NCBI GenBank assembly: GCA_023898665.1
Contig: CP060233.1
Span: forward strand, 146,801-210,800
From: Candidatus Nomurabacteria bacterium
Lineage (GTDB): Bacteria > Patescibacteriota > Saccharimonadia > Saccharimonadales > HK-STAS-PATE-42
Reading direction: 5' to 3'
DNA length: 64,000 nucleotides
Made by a program: the position numbers and the translations under genes
Notes under the pieces: model-generated
What the model was told of the DNA's origin: nothing
The model's database searches: none
The model's input: only the letters and a program-made list of their open reading frames with translations
Part shown: piece after piece, positions 43,996 to 53,090 of the stretch
Layout of the letters: each line of letters begins with the position of its first letter
Position numbering within the stretch: the first letter of the stretch is position 1

Positions 43996-46506
43996 ATGAA
44001 CTTGGCAAAGACTTATGAACCTCAAGCTTATGAGGGAGAAATATATGAACTATGGGAGAGAACTGGGGCTTTTGAGCCAAAAGGGGATGGTGAGCATTTT
44101 GCTTTAATAATGCCACCTCCAAATGCGAATGCACCGCTACATATTGGTACGGCAACTTTTGTAAAACAAGACGCAAAAGTTAGATACGAGAGATTAAAAG
44201 GTAAGAGAACTCTTTATTTGCCAGGAGCTGATCATGCTGGTTTTGAAACTTGGTATGTGTTTGAAAAGGAACTTGCTAAGCTTGGTAAATCTAAATTTGA
44301 TTTTACAAATCATGAACTTTATAAGATGACCTGGGATTTTGTGCAGGATAATATGCATCTTGCTAAAACCTCGTATAGACAAATGGGACTTAGTTGTAGC
44401 TGGGATAACTTTACGTTTACTCTTGATGAGAAAATTACTAAAAATGTAAAAGTTGTTTTTAAAAAGATGTGGGAAGAAGGACTGGTTTATAGGGGGAAGA
44501 GACTAGTTAATTTCTGTACATTCCATGGAACAAGTTTTAGTGATATTGAGGTAGATCACGAGGATAAAAATACTCCTCTTTATCATCTTAAATATGGTCC
44601 TTTTGAGTTAGTTACTACTCGTCCGGAGACAATTATGGGAGATACTGGAGTAGCTTTTCATCCGAATGATGAGAGATACATACAGTTTGAGGGGCAAGAA
44701 ATTGAGATTGAAGGTCCTGAAAAATCATTTAAGGTTAGAGCAGTTGCTGATGAGCTGGTTGATAAGGAGTTTGGAACAGGCGTAGTTAAAGTTACTCCGG
44801 CGCATAGCTTTGATGATAGCGAAATTGCTGAAAGGCATAATTTGCCGTATATCGAAGTGATTGGTAAAGATGGTTTGATGAATGAGAATGCTGGTAAATA
44901 TCAGGGCATGACAGTTTTAGAGGCACGTGAAGCTGTAGTTAATGATCTTAAGGCTAAAGGTTTAGTGATTAAAGTTGACGAGACTTATCAAAATAGGGTT
45001 GGAGTTTGTTACAAGTGCCACACTGTTATTGAGCCTTTAATGATGGATCAATGGTTTGTTAGTATGAAGCCCTTGGCAGAAAAGGCAATTGAAGGAATTG
45101 AAGCGGATAGAGTTAAGTTTGTTCCTGCAAAGAGAAAAGAGATTGGTCTGGATTATTTAAAGAATATTAAAGATTGGAATATTTCGAGGCAATGTCCATG
45201 GGGTATTCAGATCCCAGCTTTTTATAATGAGGAGATTGATGAATGGATTTACAGTGATAGTAACGAAGATGAGGTAACTGAGAATGGTAAGACTTATATT
45301 CGGGATACGGATACCTTTGATACCTGGATGAGCAGCTCCCAGTTCCCCTACTTAGCTTTGGGTTGGCCAGACGGTGAGAATTTTAAAGAGTTCTTCCCGA
45401 CGAGCTGGCTCCATTTGGGTCGAGAGATCTTTACGCAGTGGGGTTTGAGGATGATTATGATGTCGCTTTATATAACAGGCGAAGTGCCATTTAGAACGCT
45501 GTATGTTAATGGGAATATTCGGGGAGAAGATGGCAAGAAGATGAGTAAGTCTCTTGGTAATAATGTTGCTGCTAAAGAAATCTTAGATGAATATGGTTCT
45601 GATGCAATGCGGATGGGGATGTTAATGATTGATACGACTCCAAGTGCTGACAAAGCATATGACCCAAGTAAAGTGGTTTTAGGGCGTAATTTTACTAATA
45701 AGTTGTGGAATGTGGCGAGGTTTATTGAGAACCTGCTTGACGAGCATAAGCTTAAGGCGAATGAGGTGGATATTGCTGCTCCAAAGTCTCCGGCCGATCA
45801 TTGGATTTTAGGGGAGCTCGATATTGCTATAGATAAAGCTGATAGAGCATTAGAAAATGATAATTTTGGTGAGGCAATTAATGCTGTATATGATGTTATC
45901 TGGAATAAGTTTGCAGATTGGTATATTGAAGCGAGTAAAAGAGATTTAAATCTATCTGTTTTAACTGCGGCTTTAGAGACGGCTCTTAAGCTTGCTCATC
46001 CGTTTGCTCCTTTTGTAACAGAGGCAATTTGGCAAAGCCTTGGCTTTAGAGGTGAGGATAGCATGTTAGTTACTGAAACTTGGCCAACTCGGTTAGAGTT
46101 CAACGAGAGTTTAGCAGGTAAGTTTAATCTGGTGATTAAGGCAACTGAATTTGCACGTAAAGTTAAGACTTATGTTGGGCCAGAGATGGAAGTTTCTGCT
46201 GAGGATGATGATTTGGCTGAGCTTACTAAGAATTTGGCCAGGCTAAAAAGTGGAAGTAATTTATCTTCTAGTTTGAATATCCCAGGTCTTGAGGGCTGGA
46301 GTTTAATCTTATCTGATGAGAGTTTAGTAAGGTATAGAAATGAAATTGGTAGGAGAGTTGATGAGCTGCAGGCTCAGATTAAAAACATTGAAGCTAGACT
46401 TAATAATAGGGCATATATAGAAAAAGCTCCCGAAAAACTAGTTAACGAGAGCAGGGAAGTATTAGCAAGCTATAAAGAAGAGTTGGCTGAGCTTAAGAGC
46501 GAATAA
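43996..46506 (+). CDS. valS: valyl-tRNA synthetase
   Basis: PPPNANAPLHIGTA, TTRPETIMGDTGVAFHPNDERY, KMSKSLGN and a C-terminal coiled coil. Confidence 0.93.
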   Translation: MNLAKTYEPQAYEGEIYELWERTGAFEPKGDGEHFALIMPPPNANAPLHIGTATFVKQDAKVRYERLKGKRTLYLPGADHAGFETWYVFEKELAKLGKSKFDFTNHELYKMTWDFVQDNMHLAKTSYRQMGLSCSWDNFTFTLDEKITKNVKVVFKKMWEEGLVYRGKRLVNFCTFHGTSFSDIEVDHEDKNTPLYHLKYGPFELVTTRPETIMGDTGVAFHPNDERYIQFEGQEIEIEGPEKSFKVRAVADELVDKEFGTGVVKVTPAHSFDDSEIAERHNLPYIEVIGKDGLMNENAGKYQGMTVLEAREAVVNDLKAKGLVIKVDETYQNRVGVCYKCHTVIEPLMMDQWFVSMKPLAEKAIEGIEADRVKFVPAKRKEIGLDYLKNIKDWNISRQCPWGIQIPAFYNEEIDEWIYSDSNEDEVTENGKTYIRDTDTFDTWMSSSQFPYLALGWPDGENFKEFFPTSWLHLGREIFTQWGLRMIMMSLYITGEVPFRTLYVNGNIRGEDGKKMSKSLGNNVAAKEILDEYGSDAMRMGMLMIDTTPSADKAYDPSKVVLGRNFTNKLWNVARFIENLLDEHKLKANEVDIAAPKSPADHWILGELDIAIDKADRALENDNFGEAINAVYDVIWNKFADWYIEASKRDLNLSVLTAALETALKLAHPFAPFVTEAIWQSLGFRGEDSMLVTETWPTRLEFNESLAGKFNLVIKATEFARKVKTYVGPEMEVSAEDDDLAELTKNLARLKSGSNLSSSLNIPGLEGWSLILSDESLVRYRNEIGRRVDELQAQIKNIEARLNNRAYIEKAPEKLVNESREVLASYKEELAELKSE

Positions 46507-46993
46507 GTGTTTCGGCACCTCTTTTAGTCGCCCTAGCAACGAGTTTTGATGCAACTTTTTCTCTGGCGTTAGGCTTTCTATTTGGTGCTGTTCGAGATTT
46601 ATCTACAGTTCTTCTTACTGCTCCTAAAAGCGTAGTACCTGAAGATGCTTCTTCGAAGTCTGCATGTGTTCTGTATTGAGCTACGGTAGCTCCTTTGGCT
46701 GTTTCATCATAAGCAGCTGGATTTATTTTTGGTTTAGAGCCGTCATGAGTGTAGGTTGTTTCATATTTGCCGTTTAGCTTTGGCTTATAGCCTCCTGTTC
46801 TAACGACGAGCTCTTCCAAAGTTTGTTTAGGTGAAGCTTGTCTCCCAAGGCCTAGCGCTACCCCTGCTAATTTCATTGTAACTTTCTGGCCTGCTGTAGG
46901 CTTTGGGCTTTCGAATCTTGGAATTGGAGCAGGTTCTCCTCCTAGTTCTGGCATAGGTTGTACTGCTTGTGGTGCTTGATTTGGTGCTGTCAT
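46493..46993 (-). CDS. hypothetical basic protein
   Basis: 166-aa ORF with a Pro-rich N-terminus. Its 3' end overlaps the valS 3' end by 14 nt. Confidence 0.45.
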   Translation of the reverse strand: MTAPNQAPQAVQPMPELGGEPAPIPRFESPKPTAGQKVTMKLAGVALGLGRQASPKQTLEELVVRTGGYKPKLNGKYETTYTHDGSKPKINPAAYDETAKGATVAQYRTHADFEEASSGTTLLGAVRRTVDKSRTAPNRKPNAREKVASKLVARATKRGAETLIRS

Positions 46994-47027
46994 GTTTTTG
47001 TTTTATTCGTAGATTTACTTAAAATTA

Positions 47028-47056
47028 ATCTTATCATTAAGCTTATGTAAAGTCAA
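47028..47056 (-). promoter_or_regulatory. sigma-70-type promoter
   Basis: Minus strand TTGACT-N17-TAAGAT. Confidence 0.5.
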
Positions 47057-47059
47057 TAC

Positions 47060-47359
47060 TTATGCGGCTTTTTTGACGTGGTCAAGTGGGACATAGGTTA
47101 GGGTTGCTTCGCCACCCTCGGGTGCACTTTTGGCAGTTAATACTTTTGTCGTCCCATCAGCTTCTTTTTTATTTAAACCGATTGGGGTGTGTAATTGTCC
47201 GTCATCATCTAACCAAGTATGCCCGCGTAAAGAGGTGTCCTCTAAGAATTTTTTTTGAGGAGTTTCGGCTCCATCTGTAAGGTCAATAACCCATCCTGCT
47301 ACTTCATCTATAAGTGGATGTTGTTTGGGCGGTTTGTTATTAGCATTTGGATCTTGCAT
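47060..47359 (-). CDS. hypothetical small protein
   Basis: 99-aa ORF with its own promoter. Confidence 0.45.
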   Translation of the reverse strand: MQDPNANNKPPKQHPLIDEVAGWVIDLTDGAETPQKKFLEDTSLRGHTWLDDDGQLHTPIGLNKKEADGTTKVLTAKSAPEGGEATLTYVPLDHVKKAA

Positions 47360-47390
47360 TTTTTGTTTAATGTCAAGCTTATTTATATAG

Positions 47391-47420
47391 AATATAGCAT
47401 AGTTATTATGCTTAAGTCAA
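47391..47420 (-). promoter_or_regulatory. sigma-70 promoter with embedded inverted repeat
   Basis: Minus strand TTGACTTAAGCATAATAACTATGCTATATT. It is about 80% identical to the promoter at 43776-43805. Confidence 0.6.
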
Positions 47421-47435
47421 TATCTAGGAGATATT

Positions 47436-48458
47436 TTAGTGGCCGTTGGTGCTGAAGTGCCAGGCTTCGCCGGAGTTATTGTAGATACCAAATTTGCCAG
47501 CGTTATTTCTGACCCAAGTTAAGCAGTTTCCGCTGCTGGCAAGTGGTGATCCATTACAGGTTAAGTCTACAGCTAGACCCCAGCGGTGCATACTTACTCC
47601 TCTTGCAGTTGGATAGCCAAGGTAGGTTAAGCAAGCTTGGTCAGCTGACGAACGATATGATCCTGGCGACTTAAGAAGGTTGATTCCGTTTTCACAATAC
47701 TTTGCTTTTTTTGCAGCTAAACTTGGGTCAGTGTAAGCTCCTAAATTATATTTAAAGCTTTTGGCGTAATTAACAAACTCGGTAAAGTTGGTGATTGCTC
47801 CTCTGTTTACAACTATGTTTGTCCCGCTAACGGTAGTAGTAACTACGTTATCTGATGTCCCAGCTGAGCCTACATTACACAGCGGAGTAACAGAACCACC
47901 TTGGGTATACCTGGCACATCTTGTGTATGTTGGAAATTTAACGTTTCGGTCTCCGGTCTTAATGATTACTAAAAACAAATCTTCTTTACTGACGCCATTT
48001 CTGTATTGGTTTAGAAGGTTAGTATATTCAGTAGAAGTGATTGGTCTTTGTAGGCAGGCTTCGTATGCTCTATTGGTAAAGCCTCCAAAGCCAGTTTTTC
48101 TTGATTGTCTTTGTCCTTCTGAACTGTAGGCTAGTCCGCGGGCAAGATCTTTAATATTGTAATTTGTTCTGACATATCTTTCTCTCCAGTATCTAGATTC
48201 GGTTTCATTACGAGGGATTCTGCCTAAGAATGTGGAGTAAGAGCAGCTAACAATTTTATTTACATCTCTATCATTTATAGGCGTGGCGCTACTATTAAAA
48301 AATTGAGTGTGCGTAAAGGCTCCGGCTAAGATTATTAGCCCGGCAATAAGAAGTCTTTTTCCAACAGTTATGTTCTTAAGCTTTGAAGGAACTTTAATTT
48401 CTTCGTATTCTTGATGAATAGACTTAGTTGGGTAGTTCTTTTTGAAGAGTTTTTTCAT
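47436..48458 (-). CDS. secreted peptidoglycan peptidase: DUF4214-like domain plus C-terminal VanY/M15-type D-Ala-D-Ala carboxypeptidase domain
   Basis: N-terminal signal-anchor. STFLGRIPRNETESRYWRERY is DUF4214-like. SMHRWGLAVDL and GEAWHFS are zinc-ligand motifs of the LAS/M15 family. Confidence 0.7.
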   Translation of the reverse strand: MKKLFKKNYPTKSIHQEYEEIKVPSKLKNITVGKRLLIAGLIILAGAFTHTQFFNSSATPINDRDVNKIVSCSYSTFLGRIPRNETESRYWRERYVRTNYNIKDLARGLAYSSEGQRQSRKTGFGGFTNRAYEACLQRPITSTEYTNLLNQYRNGVSKEDLFLVIIKTGDRNVKFPTYTRCARYTQGGSVTPLCNVGSAGTSDNVVTTTVSGTNIVVNRGAITNFTEFVNYAKSFKYNLGAYTDPSLAAKKAKYCENGINLLKSPGSYRSSADQACLTYLGYPTARGVSMHRWGLAVDLTCNGSPLASSGNCLTWVRNNAGKFGIYNNSGEAWHFSTNGH

Positions 48459-48489
48459 GCAAAAATTATTATGCTGTAATTTGCCTATA

Positions 48490-48519
48490 ACTCTAGCATA
48501 AGTATAGCTATTAAGTCAA
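48490..48519 (-). promoter_or_regulatory. sigma-70-type promoter related to those at 43776 and 47391
   Basis: Minus strand TTGACTTAATAGCTATACTTATGCTAGAGT. The -10 assignment is weak. Confidence 0.45.
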
Positions 48520-48541
48520 TATTTGATTAAAATAATGAAAA

Positions 48542-50572
48542 TTACTTTTGGAGAGAGCGGATGGCGTCGCGGAGTTCGGCAGCGAGTTCGAATTGGAGGT
48601 TGGCCGAGGCTAGTTCCATTTGGCTTTGTAGGTCTTTTAGTAAAATCTTTTTTTCGGTTTCGTCGATTTTGCCCTTGGCGCTTTCTACTAAACGGAGTGG
48701 ATCAGTCTCTCGAGCTTTAATTTCTTCTTTAGTGAGCTTCTTCTTTTTATCTGGTGCGGTAATAATTTCTCTGAGGCCTTCGGAGATCTTTTTGTTTATA
48801 CCTGTAGGTTTAATCCCATGTTCTTGATTAAACTTAATTTGGATTTCTCTTCTCCGCTTAGTCTCGTCGATGGCACGTTGCATGCTTCCGGTAATATTAT
48901 CGGCGTACATGATGACTCTTCCTTCGACATGTCTGGCGGCACGACCTATGGTCTGGACTAATGCTGGCTCTGAGCGCAAGAAGCCTTCTTTGTCAGCGTC
49001 TAGTATCGCGACTAAGCTTACCTCTGGTAGATCTAGACCTTCTCTTAAAAGATTGATACCTATTAATACGTCGTAAACTCCTAATCTTAAATCTCTTAAA
49101 ATATCTGTGCGCTCAACTGTGTCGACTTCGCTATGTAGATATGCGGCTTTGATCCCTAAATCTTCGAGATGTTCTGAGAGATCTTCGGCCATACGTTTGG
49201 TTAGAGTAGTGGCAAGAACTCTTTGGTTCTTTTCGATAGTCTCCCTAATGACATCAATTAGATCATCAACTTGGTGCTCGGTTGGTCTGATCTCAATTTC
49301 TGGATCTAGTAAACCAGTAGGGCGGATGACTTGCTCGGCCGGATCTGGATCTTTTTCTAATTCGTAAGGCCCAGGTGTAGCAGAGACATAAATAGCTTGA
49401 TTAACGTGATTTTCGAACTCGGCAAAGGTAAGAGGTCTGTTATCTAGTGCACTTGGGAGTCTAAAACCGTGCTCTACTAAAACTTCTTTGCGGGCTCGAT
49501 CTCCGTTATACATGCCCCTAATTTGGGGAAGTGTCATGTGCGATTCATCGACAATCATTAAGTAATCATCAGGGAAGTAATCAAGCAATGTAGCTGGTTG
49601 TTCACCTGGTTCGCGGTTAGTGAGATAACGTGAATAGTTCTCTATTCCTTTTACAAAGCCGGTTTCGCGCATCATTTCTAAGTCTTGTTCGACGCGCTGT
49701 TTGATGCGTTGGTGCTCGATAAATTGCTGATTTTTTTTGAACTTTTCTGACTGTAAAACTAATTCTTGTTCAATCTTGCCGAGAGCTCCATTAAGCTTAT
49801 CTCGAGGTGTTACGTAGTGTGAGGATGGGTAGATTGTAACCTCTTTAGGGCTATCGAGAACTTCGCCGGTGAGTGGGTTGATGACTTTAAGTTGTTCAAT
49901 CTCGTCTCCAAAGAATTCAATTCTATAAGCTACTTCTTCACCTGCTGGGATGACATCAACGACGTCGCCTTTTGCCCTGAAAGTTCCGCGCTCCATGGCG
50001 TAGTCATTTCTTTCATATTGAATATCGGTAAGATGACGCAAGAATTTATCGTATTTTCTTTGTTCGCCAACTTTAAGACGAATGGCCATATCTCCGTAAT
50101 CTTCTACTGATCCGATGCCATAGATGCAAGAAACTGATGCAACAATTATTACATCACGACGTGAAAGAAGTGATGAAGTTGCAGCGTGTCTTAATCTATC
50201 GATTTCTTCGTTAATTTTAGAATCTTTTTCGATAAAAGTATCTGAAGATGCAATATATGCCTCTGGTTGGTAGTAATCAAAATAACTAACAAAATAATGG
50301 ACAGCGTTGCTAGGGAAGAAAGATCTGAATTCTGAATATAGCTGGGCAGCGAGGGTTTTGTTGTGGCAAATGACGAGTGTTGGTTTGCCAGTTTCTTGTA
50401 TAAGATTAGCCATGGTAAAAGTCTTACCTGATCCGGTTACGCCTAATAAGACTTGTTCTTTTTGGCCATTATTAAGTCTGGCTAGGAGTTTTTTTATTGC
50501 TTCTGGCTGATCTCCGGTGGGCTTATAAGCGGAGTTAAGTTTAAACTTTTTCTCTCTAGAGTCTTGATTCAC
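48542..50572 (-). CDS. uvrB: excinuclease ABC subunit B
   Basis: [13 protein letters not shown] Walker A, helicase motifs and a C-terminal UVR domain. GTG start. Confidence 0.97.
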   Translation of the reverse strand: MNQDSREKKFKLNSAYKPTGDQPEAIKKLLARLNNGQKEQVLLGVTGSGKTFTMANLIQETGKPTLVICHNKTLAAQLYSEFRSFFPSNAVHYFVSYFDYYQPEAYIASSDTFIEKDSKINEEIDRLRHAATSSLLSRRDVIIVASVSCIYGIGSVEDYGDMAIRLKVGEQRKYDKFLRHLTDIQYERNDYAMERGTFRAKGDVVDVIPAGEEVAYRIEFFGDEIEQLKVINPLTGEVLDSPKEVTIYPSSHYVTPRDKLNGALGKIEQELVLQSEKFKKNQQFIEHQRIKQRVEQDLEMMRETGFVKGIENYSRYLTNREPGEQPATLLDYFPDDYLMIVDESHMTLPQIRGMYNGDRARKEVLVEHGFRLPSALDNRPLTFAEFENHVNQAIYVSATPGPYELEKDPDPAEQVIRPTGLLDPEIEIRPTEHQVDDLIDVIRETIEKNQRVLATTLTKRMAEDLSEHLEDLGIKAAYLHSEVDTVERTDILRDLRLGVYDVLIGINLLREGLDLPEVSLVAILDADKEGFLRSEPALVQTIGRAARHVEGRVIMYADNITGSMQRAIDETKRRREIQIKFNQEHGIKPTGINKKISEGLREIITAPDKKKKLTKEEIKARETDPLRLVESAKGKIDETEKKILLKDLQSQMELASANLQFELAAELRDAIRSLQK

Positions 50573-50643
50573 CCCTATATTTTAACATGAGCATTGTCTA
50601 CGGTTTAGCAATAGGGATGTAATAGTGTAAACTTAAGCTATAT

Positions 50644-52893
50644 ATGCCAAAGAAAAAATCTGTTAAAAAGTCTGTAGGAAAAGTTAGTAAAAAGCCAGCT
50701 AAGCACGGAGTGCCTGGTGGCTTTTGGCAACAAGTTATAGCTTTTATGGCTTTGGTATTTGCTTTAGTTTTAATACTGGCGATTGTTGGAGCAGGCGGTG
50801 GAGCTCCAGATGAAATGTTTAAAGCCTTTAGAAGCCTTATAGGCTTAATCGCTTTTGTTATACCTTTTATTATAATTTATTTGGCTCTAAAGAAGATGTT
50901 CGCTGAGAGTAATATGTTGCCAGTGAGTGTCCATTTTGGATTTGTTAGTTTCGTCGTTGCTTCTAGTGCAATGGTCGCAGTAACTTTAAGTGAAGGGACT
51001 CGTGTGCAAAATTCTGGTGGGGAAGTAGGAAAAACTATATCTCAAAGTACTTTAAACTTTTTGCATCCAGTAGCTGCGTTTTTTGTTTTCTTAAGCTTAA
51101 CTATTATTAGCTTGATGTTTATTTTTAAGATTCAACCAAAAAAGTTGATCGAGATAATAATGAAGTTGTTCAGACCAAGAGAGAATACAAAAGTTAAACA
51201 GCACAATGACAACGAAGAATCTAGCTTTGCTCTTGATAAGCCGTCAAAGCTCAAGCTTAATCGTGGAGTAGAGGTAGAAGATGGTAGTGGAGAGAACTTC
51301 GGGGAAGTTGATGTTAAGGAGCCCGAAAGTGCAGCTAGCTTTAAAGAGAGGCTTAATTCTATTAAAGGTAATTTACGACCAGAGACGGAAGTTAATGATG
51401 AACCAAAGTCTGCTTTAACAGCCGTAGAAGATGAAGGCTGGGAATTCCCACCAGTTGACTTGTTAGATAATAAGACGTTTAAAGCTGATGCAGGTGATAT
51501 CACTAAAAATGCAAAAATAATTCAAGACACTTTGTCTGACTTTAAGATTGATGTTGAGATGGAGGAGGCAAATGTAGGGCCAAGAGTGACTCAGTATACT
51601 CTAAAGCCTGCTGCCGGGGTTAAACTTAATAAGATTACCTCCCTTGACACAAATTTAGCCCTTAATTTGAGTGCAAGTTCAATACGTTTAGAGGCGCCGA
51701 TTCCTGGTAAAGGAGCAGTTGGGGTAGAAGTGCCTAATAAAAAGAGTGCGATGGTGACAATGCGTAGCATACTGGAGAGTAAAGAGTGGAAGTCGGCAAA
51801 TGATCCACTAGCTTTTGCGGTTGGTAAAGATATAGCCGGACATGCAGTTATTGGGGATCTTGGCGGGATGCCTCATCTATTGGTGGCTGGTCAGACTGGT
51901 TCTGGTAAGTCAGTAATGATTAATACTTTGATTTCTTCACTATTATTTAGGCATGGTCCATCAGAAGTCAAATTAATCTTAGTTGATCCAAAACAGGTAG
52001 AGCTTGCTCCATATAATGGTATTCCTCATCTTTTAACTCCAGTAATTGTCGAGCCAGAGAAGACTCTTTCTGCACTGAAGTGGGCAGTTAATGAGATGGA
52101 ACGAAGGTACTCATTGTTAGCAGAAAATGGACATAGAAACATTAAAGGTTATAACGGTGATAAAAAAATTGAAGAGAGTATGCCCTATATAGTCATTGTG
52201 ATTGATGAGCTTGCAGATTTGATGATGGTCGCAGCTCGTGATGTTGAAGGATTGATTGTTAGAATAGCTCAAAAGGCGCGGGCAGTTGGTATCCATTTAG
52301 TTTTAGCGACTCAAAGGCCGAGTGTTGATGTAATAACAGGTTTAATTAAGGCTAATATCCCGGCTCGTATAGCGTTTACTGTTGCTTCACAGATTGACTC
52401 TAGAACAATTATTGACCAGGCAGGGGCAGAGAAACTATTAGGGAAAGGTGACATGTTGATAACTACAGCGCAGAATCCTAAGCCTAGGCGTGTGCAAGCA
52501 GCTTGGATTGATGACCCTGAGGTGGTAAAGGTGATTAACCAGATTAAGACTCAGCGGCCTCCAGAATATAATGATGAGGTTGTAGCTCAGCCGGTACAAC
52601 TTAATGGTAAGGGTGGTGTAGTATTCGATGGTGGAGGGGGAGGCGATAGCGATGATGACATGTATAACGATGCAGTGGCGGCTGTAATGGCAGCTGGTAA
52701 AGCATCTGCTTCTCTCCTGCAAAGAAGGTTAAGAGTTGGGTATGCTCGCGCGGCCAGGCTAATGGAAGAAATGGAAGAACAGGGCGTGATTGGTCCGGCA
52801 GATGGCTCAAGACCTCGAGATGTTTTAGTCTCTGGAACTCAAATGAGTAATACGATGAGCACGTCTAACATGGATATTGAAGAGGAAATTTAA
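50644..52893 (+). CDS. ftsK: DNA translocase FtsK/SpoIIIE
   Basis: N-terminal TM helices, GQTGSGKSV Walker A, IVIVIDELADL Walker B and a gamma winged-helix domain. Confidence 0.95.
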   Translation: MPKKKSVKKSVGKVSKKPAKHGVPGGFWQQVIAFMALVFALVLILAIVGAGGGAPDEMFKAFRSLIGLIAFVIPFIIIYLALKKMFAESNMLPVSVHFGFVSFVVASSAMVAVTLSEGTRVQNSGGEVGKTISQSTLNFLHPVAAFFVFLSLTIISLMFIFKIQPKKLIEIIMKLFRPRENTKVKQHNDNEESSFALDKPSKLKLNRGVEVEDGSGENFGEVDVKEPESAASFKERLNSIKGNLRPETEVNDEPKSALTAVEDEGWEFPPVDLLDNKTFKADAGDITKNAKIIQDTLSDFKIDVEMEEANVGPRVTQYTLKPAAGVKLNKITSLDTNLALNLSASSIRLEAPIPGKGAVGVEVPNKKSAMVTMRSILESKEWKSANDPLAFAVGKDIAGHAVIGDLGGMPHLLVAGQTGSGKSVMINTLISSLLFRHGPSEVKLILVDPKQVELAPYNGIPHLLTPVIVEPEKTLSALKWAVNEMERRYSLLAENGHRNIKGYNGDKKIEESMPYIVIVIDELADLMMVAARDVEGLIVRIAQKARAVGIHLVLATQRPSVDVITGLIKANIPARIAFTVASQIDSRTIIDQAGAEKLLGKGDMLITTAQNPKPRRVQAAWIDDPEVVKVINQIKTQRPPEYNDEVVAQPVQLNGKGGVVFDGGGGGDSDDDMYNDAVAAVMAAGKASASLLQRRLRVGYARAARLMEEMEEQGVIGPADGSRPRDVLVSGTQMSNTMSTSNMDIEEEI

Positions 52894-52955
52894 CCTTAGC
52901 TTAAAATTGAATTGATTAAGCTTATGTTTACTCTGTTAATCATTTATTTTAGGGC

Positions 52956-52985
52956 TTGACTTTTTATGATCTCTTTTGGTATATT
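52956..52985 (+). promoter_or_regulatory. sigma-70-type promoter for the surface-protein gene
   Basis: TTGACT-N18-TATATT. Confidence 0.55.
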
Positions 52986-53090
52986 TGTGCATAGTTATTT
53001 AAGATAAGCGAGAAACAGAGATTGAGAGTCCAGATTTCTAAAAAGCTATCAATTGAGATTTAGAAATAATTTAAGCTAAGAGGATTTAGT

